From assembly GCA_052389415.1 (NCBI GenBank), contig JBQTHX010000034.1, forward strand, positions 1-64,000: DNA of 64,000 bases, read 5' to 3'. The DNA is from Nitrosopumilaceae archaeon (GTDB taxonomy: Archaea; Thermoproteota; Nitrososphaeria; Nitrososphaerales; Nitrosopumilaceae). Positions 1-10,018 of this stretch are shown in pieces; within the stretch, counting starts at the first letter, position 1; each line of letters begins with the position of its first letter. The notes under the pieces are model-generated. The model was not told where the DNA came from. It searched no databases and saw only the letters and a list, made by a program, of their open reading frames with translations. A program made the translations under genes and the position numbers.

Positions 1-890
1 TGATCAATATGGCCAAACTCTATCAGATCTTTTGGATTTAATCCGTCTGAACAAAACATTAGCCTGTCAAGATATGTTCGATTTGAGAGTATCTTTGGAA
101 TTATCTTGTCTAAATCTCTTCTAATGGAGCCTTCCCTCATCATAATCCATATACCAAGTCTTAGTCTCTCTATGACCTGATCAAAATCAATGGGTTCATG
201 ACACGAAAGTATTCCTGATGCAATGTATGCATTTAGCTTTTTGTCACTTGCACCTGCAGTATGACCATTTATAACATAACCATTGTATAGCATGTGTTTC
301 AGAGTTTGTATTGTTCTTGCATCCAAATTCGTAACTTTGGTCCATGAAAAGACTTCACCAAGACCTAACACATTTTCTAAACGTAATGCCATCTTTTCTT
401 CACCTGGACTCAATGTCTTTGAATGGCTGAATTTTCTATCTACTGGCAGACCACCTGGAATGACATGAAAAAATCTTACAGGTAGATTTTCTGTTAATCT
501 GACAAATTCCCTAAAGCCTTTGTATCCACAGACACTTACTATGTCAATTGGATCTGAAAAAAGAGATGTCGTACCACATAGAAGAGATTTTTTTGCAATC
601 TCGGAAGGCAAGATGTACTTGTCAATATGAGTATGCGCGTCTGCAAACCCAGGCGTAACATATCGCTTTTCCAGATCAATAACTATAGTTTTCTCTCCAA
701 TTGTGTGTGATGCGTTGTTTCCTACATATGCAATTCTATCTTTAAAAATAGAAATTTGAGTGTCAGGAATTATCTCTCGTGAATAAACGTTAACTAGTCT
801 ACAATTTTTCAAAACCAGGTTTGCTTGTTTCTTGCCCATTGCTACAGAGTTTAGTGATGAAATCATTGTGGCAAGTGAACTTGATCTCAC
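1..890 (-). CDS. ade: Adenine deaminase (N-terminal part; runs off the window edge)
   Basis: Manual translation from GTG at 890: MRSSSLATMISSLNSVAMGKKQANLVLKNCRLVNVYSREI...VTPGFADAHTHID, plus later IVINGHTAG and CHEP motifs of adenine deaminases. Not in the ORF track because it is truncated. Confidence 0.85.
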   Translation of the reverse strand, partial: MRSSSLATMISSLNSVAMGKKQANLVLKNCRLVNVYSREIIPDTQISIFKDRIAYVGNNASHTIGEKTIVIDLEKRYVTPGFADAHTHIDKYILPSEIAKKSLLCGTTSLFSDPIDIVSVCGYKGFREFVRLTENLPVRFFHVIPGGLPVDRKFSHSKTLSPGEEKMALRLENVLGLGEVFSWTKVTNLDARTIQTLKHMLYNGYVINGHTAGASDKKLNAYIASGILSCHEPIDFDQVIERLRLGIWIMMREGSIRRDLDKIIPKILSNRTYLDRLMFCSDGLNPKDLIEFGHID

Positions 891-934
891 GAATAAGAGT
901 CAGTTTTTGATACTATTATAGATTCAAAGCGATG

Positions 935-941
935 TTTAAAT
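935..941 (+). promoter_or_regulatory. Probable TATA box of the rpl44e-rps27e transcript
   Basis: TTTAAAT about 25 nt upstream of the ATG at 966, the usual spacing for a (near-)leaderless archaeal transcript. Confidence 0.5.
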
Positions 942-965
942 TACGGTCAAGCAAGGTCATCATTT

Positions 966-1244
966 ATGAACATGCCAAAAGAGATCAGAAGATACTGTCC
1001 TAACTGTAAGAAACACACAATGCAAAAGGTCTCCATTTACAAGGCAGGCAAGAGAAGAGGTTCTGCAATAGGCGAGAGAAGACACGCTGAGGACAAGAAG
1101 GGTTATGGAGGTCAAAAATTCCCAAAGCTTGCTAAGCCCGCAAAGACAACAAAGAAAGCTACTCAAATACTGACATGCCCAGAATGTAAAAAGAAGTTTA
1201 ATAAACCAGGAATCAGACTAAGAAAGTTCGAGTTGGTAGCATAA
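966..1244 (+). CDS. rpl44e: 50S ribosomal protein L44e (eL42)
   Basis: YCPNCKKHT, GYGGQKFP and CPEC zinc-ribbon motifs. Confidence 0.97.
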   Translation: MNMPKEIRRYCPNCKKHTMQKVSIYKAGKRRGSAIGERRHAEDKKGYGGQKFPKLAKPAKTTKKATQILTCPECKKKFNKPGIRLRKFELVA

Positions 1245-1441
1245 TGAAAAAAGGTCAAATATTAATTCCAAAACCAGCTAGCAAATTTCAAAGAGTGCAA
1301 TGTAATGAATGCAATGAAGAAAGTATTGTGTTTTCACATGTGGCTACAAACGTCACATGCAAATCATGTGGAAACATTCTTGCTGAATCAACAGGATCTC
1401 ATGCAAAGATTAATGGCAAGATTTTAGGAAGCGCAGAGTAA
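1244..1441 (+). CDS. rps27e: 30S ribosomal protein S27e
   Basis: P-x-SKF-x-RVQCNEC...VFSH...CKSCG...TG; TAATG overlap with rpl44e. Confidence 0.96.
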   Translation: MKKGQILIPKPASKFQRVQCNECNEESIVFSHVATNVTCKSCGNILAESTGSHAKINGKILGSAE

Positions 1442-2008
1442 ATCATAATCTTCTTTTGTATTGAGATTGAATGCAATTCTTTTGTCATCTAATATTATGT
1501 ATGATTCCTCTACAGGTTTCATCTCCGTCAGTTTGGTTGGATCTACTATAGATATTCCACAGTATGAGTATTGTTTTCTGTTGTAAATCAGACTATATTC
1601 TTGTTTTAATGATAAAGAATCAAGAAATTCTTTACTAATAATCACCGTATTCCACGGATAATCAGTCTTGGTTTTCTGGATTATTTGTTTTATTATTTCT
1701 GAATCTAAGAGAGGGAGATCTCCTGATGTCACAAATACAGGTTCGTCAAAGTTGTATAAAATCTGATTAAGATCGTAAACATAACCTTTTCCTGCTGTAT
1801 CCATAGTAAACACTCCCAGGTTTATTAGAAATTCCCTAGTTCTTGGAGCATTATGACTTGTTCCAGCAACGATTTTGGAAAAACAACCAGATTCTTGTAG
1901 TGCAGACATAAGATGCTGTATGATTGGAGTTTTGTATGTTAGAAGGAGTTTTTCTGTTGATATTTGCATTCTAGTTCCCTTGCCACCACACATTACTAGA
2001 CCTATCAT
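1424..2008 (-). CDS. cobY: GTP:adenosylcobinamide-phosphate guanylyltransferase (CobY, MobA-like NTP transferase)
   Basis: MCGGKGTRM..EK, GDLP and NLNT..D motifs; last gene of the cob operon. Confidence 0.88.
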   Translation of the reverse strand: MIGLVMCGGKGTRMQISTEKLLLTYKTPIIQHLMSALQESGCFSKIVAGTSHNAPRTREFLINLGVFTMDTAGKGYVYDLNQILYNFDEPVFVTSGDLPLLDSEIIKQIIQKTKTDYPWNTVIISKEFLDSLSLKQEYSLIYNRKQYSYCGISIVDPTKLTEMKPVEESYIILDDKRIAFNLNTKEDYDLLCAS

Positions 2009-2733
2009 ATTGAGGCAAAGATCAAAAGAGAAGAGAGTCTGACAAGTTCGTTTGTTGCTCCAAAGACGTCACCTGATATTCCTCCAAAGCTTCTATTTGC
2101 CACCTTAAGAAGTGCTAGAGCCACTATCACTCCTACTATTACAACTATTACTCCTGTTATTCCTCCAATTGCTATTAAAGGAATGACAGTTATTGAGGTA
2201 GCTATGGCAAGTTTCTTTTTATCTTTCATAGATTGTGTGAATGGGGAACTCAAACCTTGCCATGCTGAAGAACCTCTATTTGCCTGTAATACCATGACGA
2301 ATTTTGCAAGAAGTTCACTTAATAGAATTGCTTGAAAAAGCACAAATCCTTTCATCATTGAAAGAGCAATTATCATACCTCCTACATACAAAACTACTGT
2401 TATTACTCCGGCCGATCCTACTGCTGGATCTCGCATAGCTTGTAATTTTTTTTCCTTGGTTCCTTTTGCCATTATGCCATCTGCAAAATCACAAAGTGCA
2501 TCGGTGTGATGAATTCCAGTAATAATTACTAATGATCCAGTTAGTAATAACCCAACAATGAAAGGATCAACAAACGCAGATAAACCAAATCCAGCTGTCC
2601 CAATTATAAGACCTATTATAGCACCTGCAATAGGAAATAGATACATATTTTTTGCAACAGCGTCCAGTTCCACATTTTTTGCAGAAGGAAGTATTGTTAG
2701 AAATGAGATTATGTAGCTTATTACTTTAAGCAT
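2005..2733 (-). CDS. cobS: Adenosylcobinamide-GDP ribazoletransferase (cobalamin synthase)
   Basis: FLTILP, TGIHHTDALCDFADG, MRDP..GS.G and GGISGDVFGA..E motifs; multi-TM. Confidence 0.95.
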   Translation of the reverse strand: MLKVISYIISFLTILPSAKNVELDAVAKNMYLFPIAGAIIGLIIGTAGFGLSAFVDPFIVGLLLTGSLVIITGIHHTDALCDFADGIMAKGTKEKKLQAMRDPAVGSAGVITVVLYVGGMIIALSMMKGFVLFQAILLSELLAKFVMVLQANRGSSAWQGLSSPFTQSMKDKKKLAIATSITVIPLIAIGGITGVIVVIVGVIVALALLKVANRSFGGISGDVFGATNELVRLSSLLIFASI

Positions 2734-2734
2734 G

Positions 2735-3721
2735 CTACCACAATCCTAGATACGAGAATATTATTATCATTGGGATCGTAATAAAAATACAAAATAAAAT
2801 TGAGGTTAATTTCATTATTGTTATAGTTGATTTGAAGTGATTTACCGTAAATTCCATTTCTCCATCTCCCAAAACATAATGGTCAACCTTTTCAAATCTT
2901 GTACCCAATGCACCTGCTAGTGTTGCCATTGGATATCCTGCATTTGGACTCTCAGTCTTTGAACTGTCTCGTAGCATTATTTCAAGAGAATGCTTCCAGT
3001 TTTTCCCAAGAATCATTACAGCTAAGACCATAACAAGGCTTGTGATTCTTGCAGGTAGATAATTGAGTACCTTATCACAGTTTGCTCCAAACCAACCAAG
3101 GTTTCTGAATTTTTCCGTTTTGTAACCTATCATAGAATCTATTGTATTTATGGTTCTGTAGACAAAGGCTCCTGGCAATCCAAAAATTGCAAAATAGAAA
3201 AGTGGTCCAGTAATCCCGTCTACGGTATTTTCACTAATGCTTTCTAAGGTAGCAGAAATAATGTGTTGCCTATCCAAATTTTTCGTTTCTCTTTTTACTA
3301 TCATCGATAGTTTTTCTCTAGCATCATCAAGATTATTTTTTGAAAGTGCATCCATAATCATTTGTGCGTGTTGCTGCATTCCCTTTATGGCGATTGTAGT
3401 CTTTAGTAGAATTCCTATAACAATGATAATTAGTAAGCTGAGAAGAAGATCATTCAATTCAAAATTGATATTTCTAGATTCTAGAGAATATAATCCAGCA
3501 CTAATAAAATAAAATATTACACCTACTACAGTTACAACGAAAATTGTGAGGATTGTTCCTGAAAGTTTATCATTTTTTTTTGAATTATTCTTATCTAGAG
3601 GAACAAGTTTTCCAACTAACATTCCTATCCAAGCAGTTGGATGAAATTTATTTTTTGGATCACCAATAGCAAGATCAATTATTAAGGCAAATATCACTGC
3701 AAAAATTGGAACAAGGATCAT
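2735..3721 (-). CDS. cbiB: Adenosylcobinamide-phosphate synthase CbiB/CobD
   Basis: GDP...HP, ESISENTVDG, YRTINTIDSMIGY and SPNAGYPMA motifs. Confidence 0.95.
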   Translation of the reverse strand: MILVPIFAVIFALIIDLAIGDPKNKFHPTAWIGMLVGKLVPLDKNNSKKNDKLSGTILTIFVVTVVGVIFYFISAGLYSLESRNINFELNDLLLSLLIIIVIGILLKTTIAIKGMQQHAQMIMDALSKNNLDDAREKLSMIVKRETKNLDRQHIISATLESISENTVDGITGPLFYFAIFGLPGAFVYRTINTIDSMIGYKTEKFRNLGWFGANCDKVLNYLPARITSLVMVLAVMILGKNWKHSLEIMLRDSSKTESPNAGYPMATLAGALGTRFEKVDHYVLGDGEMEFTVNHFKSTITIMKLTSILFCIFITIPMIIIFSYLGLW

Positions 3722-4560
3722 TTGAGTAATTCACCTATAGCTTTCATATTCAAATTATTTTTCACAAGCTGACTTAAATTTTCTATTTCTAGATCTAATG
3801 ATCTCAAGTATTTTTTATTCCATTGTACTTGTTTTGGATTTGTATGAAGAGAATCCTCTTCTGGGATATCAAATTTCATGAGGGGAATAGTGCCTAAAAT
3901 GGGTCTACCAGTCTTTTTTCTTAACTTGTTAAGGCTTGGTTTTAGTATGTCCTTATCTCCCCTAAATTTATTAATTACAAACCCTTGAACGAATTTTTGG
4001 TATTTTTTCTCGATTAATTCCATGGTTCCAACAATGCTTGCAAAAGTTCCACCCCTATCAATATCAGATACAAGAATTACTGGGGAATTTGCATATTCAG
4101 CTATTCTCATGTTTGCTATATCATATCTTTCCAAGTTAAATTCTGCAGGAGATCCAGCTCCTTCAATAATTACCAAATCATAGTTTTGTTTTAACCAGTC
4201 AAGGGATTTCTTTGCTACAGCTAGTCCTTTTGAAAGAACAAATTTTGAATAATAGTCTTTTGCGTACATTTTTTTGTAGAATTTTCCATTCACCAAAACT
4301 TTACTTCTGTAATCCCCAAGTGGTTTGAGAAGAATTGGGTTCATCCGTGGATCAATTTTTGTTTTTGCAGCAATTGCTTGTATCGCCTGAGCTCGTGAAA
4401 TTTCAAAATTATTCTCCTTGTAGGAGTAGGATGACATGTTTTGTGATTTAAAGGGAGCCACATGGTATCCAGAATTTACAAATATTCTGCATAATGCAGT
4501 AACAAGTGTAGTTTTTCCAGCGCCTGATGAGGTTCCTTGTATCATCAATGTTTTTGTCAT
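3718..4560 (-). CDS. cbiP: Cobyric acid synthase, synthetase domain only (280 aa)
   Basis: MIQGTSSGAGKT, PFKSQNMS, MNPILLKP, EGAGSPAE, DIDRGG, INKFRGD and EEDS motifs; no C-terminal glutamine amidotransferase domain. Confidence 0.92.
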   Translation of the reverse strand: MTKTLMIQGTSSGAGKTTLVTALCRIFVNSGYHVAPFKSQNMSSYSYKENNFEISRAQAIQAIAAKTKIDPRMNPILLKPLGDYRSKVLVNGKFYKKMYAKDYYSKFVLSKGLAVAKKSLDWLKQNYDLVIIEGAGSPAEFNLERYDIANMRIAEYANSPVILVSDIDRGGTFASIVGTMELIEKKYQKFVQGFVINKFRGDKDILKPSLNKLRKKTGRPILGTIPLMKFDIPEEDSLHTNPKQVQWNKKYLRSLDLEIENLSQLVKNNLNMKAIGELLK

Positions 4561-4561
4561 A

Positions 4562-5644
4562 TTATATTTTTTCCAATGTTTTTACAAGTCTCACATTTTC
4601 CCTGTGAGTACGGACGGCTATGCGTATGAATTTATTGGTTAATCCATGAAAAGTACTGCAATCCCTAACCAGCAGTTTTTTCTTGATGAGTTTTTTTTGG
4701 ACAATTTTTGAGCTTATTTTTGATTCAAGCAAAATAAAATTAGTTGAAGATGGATAGCACGAAAAATTCTTAATTTTAGATATAGAAGTAGTTAGAAAAT
4801 CAAGCTCTTTTTTTATCAATTTTCTTGTTCTGTAAAGATGAGATTTGTTTGAGAGCGCCACAATGGCGGCCTTTTGAGCCAAGGCATTTACATTCCATGG
4901 AATCTTCATTCGTTCAAGAACATTAATCATTTTCTTACTTCCTAATCCATAACCAATTCTGAGTCCTGCCAATCCAAAAGATTTTGTAAGAGAACGTAGT
5001 ATGAAGAGATTATCAAATTCTTTTAGATTGGATGAAAGGGATTCATTTGATTCTGGTACGAGTTCAATAAAACATTCATCTAAAAACACTAATGCTGATT
5101 TTTCATAAGCAGCCTCAATAATCTTTAACATGTTTTTTCTTTTTACTAATGAACCAGTAGGATTATTTGGATTGCAAAGAAAAATACAGTCATTTTTTTT
5201 GATTATTGATTGAAACTTTGGAATTGTTTCATTCAGGTTCATTGTTTTGTAATGAAGAACGTTTCCTCCTTGTAGTAACGTAGCAGCCTCATATTCTTCA
5301 AATGTAGGTATCGGTATTACAGCTCGAGTATTTTTTTTAATAAATATTTTACAAAAATTATAAATTATTTCTGTAGCACCATTTCCTACAATTATTTGAC
5401 TTTTTGTAATGCCTGTATATTTTTCCAAACTATTTCTGAGTTCTGTTGAATTCGGATCAGGATATATAGACAAAAGTCCCAAATTTTTTTTAATTATGTT
5501 TTTTACTTGCTGTGGAAAGCCCAGTGGATTTACGTTAGAGCTAAAATCTATTGTTTTACTATCTAACTTGATTCCAGTAAAATAGAGTCCACCATGAGGG
5601 ACAGCTACATGATTGGAAATGTTTTTTTCAATATTGAATTTCAC
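4562..5644 (-). CDS. cobD: L-threonine-O-3-phosphate decarboxylase (PLP class I/II)
   Basis: HGG, DFSSNVNPLG, GNGATE, CNPNNPTG and RSLTKSFGLAGLRIGY motifs; first gene of the cob operon. Confidence 0.88.
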   Translation of the reverse strand: MKFNIEKNISNHVAVPHGGLYFTGIKLDSKTIDFSSNVNPLGFPQQVKNIIKKNLGLLSIYPDPNSTELRNSLEKYTGITKSQIIVGNGATEIIYNFCKIFIKKNTRAVIPIPTFEEYEAATLLQGGNVLHYKTMNLNETIPKFQSIIKKNDCIFLCNPNNPTGSLVKRKNMLKIIEAAYEKSALVFLDECFIELVPESNESLSSNLKEFDNLFILRSLTKSFGLAGLRIGYGLGSKKMINVLERMKIPWNVNALAQKAAIVALSNKSHLYRTRKLIKKELDFLTTSISKIKNFSCYPSSTNFILLESKISSKIVQKKLIKKKLLVRDCSTFHGLTNKFIRIAVRTHRENVRLVKTLEKI

Positions 5645-5727
5645 ATCATGAGATATCGTAATTGGGATTTAGTATGTTTTGGTTTTCATGCTAAAGAAAT
5701 ATTAATTGAATAAAGCGAAAATCACTC

Positions 5728-6804
5728 ATGAAACGGGTTGCAGTCATAGGCGTTACTGGTGCAGTAGGCCAAGAATTTGTACTTGCGTTGAACAAACACC
5801 CTTGGTTTGAGGTAAAACAGATAGCTGCTTCTGAACGCTCTTCTGGTAAAAAATTCGTTGATGCGATTAGAGATCCCAGCAGCGGCATTCTAAAGTGGCA
5901 TCTAAGAGAAGAGATACCAGAATATGTCAAAAACATGATAGTCGAATCGGTAGATGATATAAAAACAGAGAATTTGGATTTGATATTTAGTTCGGTTGAA
6001 AGTGAAGCTGCACGTGATATTGAAACAAAATTTGCAAAGGATGTACCTGTAATTAGCACATCTTCGGCATATAGATACGAACAAGATGTTCCGATACTTA
6101 TTCCAGGAATAAATGATGATCATGCAGAGTTGCTAAACATACAGCGTAAGAATCGTGGTTGGAAGGGGTTTGTCGCACCACTGCCAAACTGTACTACCAC
6201 TGGACTTGCAATAACTATGAAACCACTGATGGAAAAATTTGGTGCACAAAAGATAATCATGACATCAATGCAAGCAATGTCTGGAGCAGGCAGATCGCCT
6301 GGAGTTTCAGCTTTAGATATAACCGATAACATCATTCCATACATTCCAAAAGAAGAGGACAAAGTCAGACTGGAAACTGGAAAGATACTTGGAAAATTAA
6401 CTGATGGAAAGATAATACCTGCTGATATGAAAGTTAGTTGCACTTGTACACGAGTTCCAGTGATTGATGGACATACAGAATCTGTGTTTGTTGAAACCTC
6501 AAAACATGCAGATCCAGAATCAGTAAAAAAAGCCATGCAGGAATTTTCTGAAAAGATTAGTGTAGCAGGCCTTCCTTCTGCTCCAGAGAAATATCTCGTC
6601 GTACATGAGGATCCAACAAGACCACAACCAAGATTAGATAGAGAGATGAGCGGAGGAATGTCTACGGTAGTAGGTAGATTACGCGAAGATACCGTTTTTG
6701 AAAATGGAATAAAGTATGTCTTGTTTTCTCATAACGAAAAGATGGGTTCAGCAAAAGGAGCAGTACTTTTAGCTGAAATGCTGTACAAAAAAGGCATCAT
6801 ATAA
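5728..6804 (+). CDS. asd: Aspartate-semialdehyde dehydrogenase (archaeal type)
   Basis: GVTGAVGQ, PNCTT catalytic Cys, SGAG, CTRVPVIDGH and PQPRLDR motifs. Confidence 0.92.
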   Translation: MKRVAVIGVTGAVGQEFVLALNKHPWFEVKQIAASERSSGKKFVDAIRDPSSGILKWHLREEIPEYVKNMIVESVDDIKTENLDLIFSSVESEAARDIETKFAKDVPVISTSSAYRYEQDVPILIPGINDDHAELLNIQRKNRGWKGFVAPLPNCTTTGLAITMKPLMEKFGAQKIIMTSMQAMSGAGRSPGVSALDITDNIIPYIPKEEDKVRLETGKILGKLTDGKIIPADMKVSCTCTRVPVIDGHTESVFVETSKHADPESVKKAMQEFSEKISVAGLPSAPEKYLVVHEDPTRPQPRLDREMSGGMSTVVGRLREDTVFENGIKYVLFSHNEKMGSAKGAVLLAEMLYKKGII

Positions 6805-6881
6805 TTGATATAAAATTTGTAGAAAAATTGTAATAATAACTTTATTAACCCCACTTTTATTCACAATAATTGGTGTTTTGA

Positions 6882-7334
6882 ACGGCAAAAGTAGACGATT
6901 TAGATATGAAGATTCTTTCCGAACTTGCTGTCGATGCAAACATATCTGTTCCTAGGATCTCAAAAAAAATTAATGTCAATTCATCTGTTGTTTATAGCAG
7001 AATAAAACGGCTAATTAAAAGAAAACTAATTGAGCGTTTCACTATAATAGTAAACGAAAGAGAACTTGGCTATACCGTAAAAGCTTTGACCGGATTAAAC
7101 ATGGATTCAAAGCTTCGTGATAATGTAATAGAAGAGTTGTTAAAAATACCGCAAGTAAGAGAGATTTCTGAAGTAACTGGAAGATTTGATATTTTGGTTA
7201 CAATGTATGCAAAAAATCTAGACGAAATGCACAGATTAATATCAGAAAATTTGGGTCGTATTCAAGGAGTACAACGTTCTGAAAGTTTTATTGAGATGAA
7301 AAAAACGGCAAAACCAATGCCGTACAAAACATGA
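6882..7334 (+). CDS. Lrp/AsnC family transcriptional regulator (probable ACG start at 6882; first ATG at 6906)
   Basis: HTH (VPRISKKINVNSSVVYSRIKRL) and RAM domain (EVTGRFDIL). The in-frame extension ACG-GCA-AAA-GTA-GAC-GAT-TTA-GAT restores the typical xDxxD N-terminus. Confidence 0.9.
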   Translation, partial: TAKVDDLDMKILSELAVDANISVPRISKKINVNSSVVYSRIKRLIKRKLIERFTIIVNERELGYTVKALTGLNMDSKLRDNVIEELLKIPQVREISEVTGRFDILVTMYAKNLDEMHRLISENLGRIQGVQRSESFIEMKKTAKPMPYKT

Positions 7335-7392
7335 GTCAGATTGATTTTTTCAACCTATAAATATCAAATATCGAATAAGAAGGTGAGTTAAT

Positions 7393-8319
7393 GTGTTAAC
7401 AAGTAAAACAAGCTCAAGAATCAAAACATATTATGAATTGACCAAACCAAAAATTTGGTATCTTTTAGTTTTTACTGCATTTGGTGCAACAGTTACTGCC
7501 TCAAATATTTACGATATAGAAGTTTCGCCGATAACTTGGGCTTTGATGTTAGGTAGCGTTGCGGCAGGATCAGCAGCTGCTAACACTTTGACAAATTATC
7601 ATGATAGAGATATAGATGCAATCATGGAAAGAACAAAAAATAGACCTATTCCTAGTAGGAGAATATTTCCAGCAGAAAAGGCAAGAGATTTTGGGTTAGT
7701 ATTAGCGGCAATCAGTTTGTGCACTGTGTTTGGAATTTCCTTTACAACCACGTTGGAACAGGGGCTTTGGGCTACAGGTTTCATGTCATTTGGATTAGCG
7801 AATAATGTTTTGGTATACAGCTATGCTCTAAAAAGACACAGTAGATCCAATATTATCCTAGGAGGACTTTGTGGCGGGGCTCCACCAATGATTGGTTATG
7901 TTGCTGTCACTATGAATGGGCTTTGGGATCTTGGACTCGTTATGGCAGGACTTGTGTTTATTTGGATTCCAATGCATATCTGGGCCCTTACCCTACACTT
8001 TAAGGAAGATTATAACAAAGTCAACGTTCCCATGTTGACTGCTGTTCAATCAGAAAAGACCTCGGCTAGAGTAATTGCAGGTTCTACCGTTATGATGGTT
8101 CTTTTCAGCGTTGTACCCATCCTCTTGACCACAAGCGATCAACCTATTTTGCATGAAACCTATCTTTATACTGCTATTGCAACTGGTGCCTTGATGATTG
8201 CACTTAGTTGTTGGGTATTGATCAAGCCATCGGAAAAGGCATCATGGGTGTTATTCAAGTTCTCCAGCCCCTATCTTGCAATATTGTTCATTGCTTTAAT
8301 GGTTGATTCTGGACTATAA
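7393..8319 (+). CDS. ctaB: Protoheme IX farnesyltransferase (heme o synthase)
   Basis: LTKPKI, DRDIDAIMERTKNRPIP, WIPMHIWAL and DY..VNVPML motifs. Confidence 0.95.
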   Translation: MLTSKTSSRIKTYYELTKPKIWYLLVFTAFGATVTASNIYDIEVSPITWALMLGSVAAGSAAANTLTNYHDRDIDAIMERTKNRPIPSRRIFPAEKARDFGLVLAAISLCTVFGISFTTTLEQGLWATGFMSFGLANNVLVYSYALKRHSRSNIILGGLCGGAPPMIGYVAVTMNGLWDLGLVMAGLVFIWIPMHIWALTLHFKEDYNKVNVPMLTAVQSEKTSARVIAGSTVMMVLFSVVPILLTTSDQPILHETYLYTAIATGALMIALSCWVLIKPSEKASWVLFKFSSPYLAILFIALMVDSGL

Positions 8320-8340
8320 CTCGTACTTTTATGGAATAAT

Positions 8341-9669
8341 TTAAAGATAATTCTTTAAAGAAATTTTATCTTCATTAGGAATTTTAGCAATTTCGAAACC
8401 CTCTGCTCGTTTTGATAAGGACCTAGTTGCATCAATACCAAGTTTAGCAGTTAGCAAATTTTTTTGGTCACTTGATGGATCAAGACTTGATCCTCTTACC
8501 TTTTTTATAACAATCAAGTCTTTGTCAGCTTGGAATCTGGTTGCCATTGCATATTCTACATTAACTGCATTATTGGGATCAATGTCCTCATCAACTACAG
8601 TAATCATTTTCAATGATCTGTGCGAATCAAATGTTTTTTCAATCACTTTCTTTGCATCCGAATCTTTTCTTTTTTGTATTTGCACTATGGCATGTAACCA
8701 GTTACAACCCCCATCACTCAAAACTATTTTTTTTGTTTGAGGAAACGATCTTTTTAAGTCATAATTTAGTTTAGCTTCAATTGGCATACCCATTAGTAAA
8801 CGATGTTCTGAATATCCCGATAAAATATCATGAAAAATTGCATTATTTCTATAGTAAAGATTTTCCAGTTCAAATACTGGTTGCTCTCTTTTGAAATCAT
8901 ATGTTCTTAGCATTTCTACCATCCATTCCTTACGCGTCTTATCTTGGAGGATCCTTCCTTCCATAACTATTTCTGCGTTTGCTGGTACATTCATTCCAGA
9001 ATAGGGCAGTTTTGACAGAGTCAATTTGTTTCCCAAGATGGTATTTGCCAGTTGTAGTTCATCTTCTCCCCAATCTGCTTGATATGCAGCAGCTATCGAT
9101 ACAGCAGGATGTACACCAACCGTTATGACCACTTTTAGATCCTCCCCATGATTTTTTGCAAATATAAAAGAACGATGCAGATGTCTTCCTTCCACCATCC
9201 TTACAGAAAAGTGCGTATTATCAAGAGGCATCAGTCTATGAAAAGACGAATTTTGGCTATTTTTTTCTTGATTTAGTGTATAGATTATGGAGGAAGTGAT
9301 GAAGGGACCTGGTTCTTTTTCAAAGTGTGTAACTATAGGTAAAATGGATATATCTTTTGTTTTGTTTTCCATGAATTTCCCAGTAGAGGTTGTTTTTGGT
9401 GGTTTAGCAGATTTAATGGAAGAAATTACTTTTTCGTGTATGTTTGATATTTTTGTGTTTACTGCCTTTGCAAACCTTTCCCTATTTCCTACTAAATTCG
9501 ATACAAGTCTAAGTTTACTTTCTTTAATATTTTCAAACAAAATTGCATTTTTTCCATCTACTTTGGATGTCAGTGCTGCAATTTCATATTTTGTAGAAAC
9601 TTTCTTTTTTATTATATAAAGTTGATTTAGGTTTTTTATTTGTTCAATATAAGAACGAAGCTCTGTCAA
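8341..9669 (-). CDS. UbiD-family prFMN-dependent decarboxylase (likely anhydromevalonate phosphate decarboxylase of the archaeal mevalonate pathway)
   Basis: AEIVMEG, VVDEDID, A.ATRFQ and GSSLDPS..KLGIDAT motifs. The substrate is inferred from archaeal pathway knowledge. Confidence 0.85.
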   Translation of the reverse strand: MTELRSYIEQIKNLNQLYIIKKKVSTKYEIAALTSKVDGKNAILFENIKESKLRLVSNLVGNRERFAKAVNTKISNIHEKVISSIKSAKPPKTTSTGKFMENKTKDISILPIVTHFEKEPGPFITSSIIYTLNQEKNSQNSSFHRLMPLDNTHFSVRMVEGRHLHRSFIFAKNHGEDLKVVITVGVHPAVSIAAAYQADWGEDELQLANTILGNKLTLSKLPYSGMNVPANAEIVMEGRILQDKTRKEWMVEMLRTYDFKREQPVFELENLYYRNNAIFHDILSGYSEHRLLMGMPIEAKLNYDLKRSFPQTKKIVLSDGGCNWLHAIVQIQKRKDSDAKKVIEKTFDSHRSLKMITVVDEDIDPNNAVNVEYAMATRFQADKDLIVIKKVRGSSLDPSSDQKNLLTAKLGIDATRSLSKRAEGFEIAKIPNEDKISLKNYL

Positions 9670-10001
9670 TGTTTCACACTCTCCATTATTTCATTCATAA
9701 TGATTTTCATTTCTTCTAGTTTAAGGTCTTTTTTTATGTTAATCGAAACGATACAAATTCCATTGACAATTGAGGCTATACGTTCTGATATCATCTTCAG
9801 AAAAAGGGATCCAGATTTTGATGGTATGACCGTAACTGTACTGGTTCTAGATCCTGAACCAATTGAAACAACCATCGCACCAATCTTTTCTTGTCCTTCT
9901 GTAATTGAGATAAAATTACCATTATCAAAAGAAACTATTTGAACCAAGAATTCCCTATCTTCCACTTTAATATTATTTTTCTTATAATTGGTTTTTGACA
10001 A
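9666..10001 (-). CDS. Conserved hypothetical protein (proteasome assembly chaperone PAC4-like)
   Basis: 111 aa; F.NG.FISI.E...IG.M.VS pattern; 4-nt overlap with the UbiD gene. Confidence 0.55.
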   Translation of the reverse strand: MSKTNYKKNNIKVEDREFLVQIVSFDNGNFISITEGQEKIGAMVVSIGSGSRTSTVTVIPSKSGSLFLKMISERIASIVNGICIVSINIKKDLKLEEMKIIMNEIMESVKH

Positions 10002-10018
10002 TTAATAGCCTACGTCTA

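Noticed and set aside
5728-6804. Malonyl-CoA/succinyl-CoA reductase (Sulfolobales ASD paralogs)
   Set aside because: Motifs fit ordinary archaeal ASD; nothing in the sequence supports the alternative.
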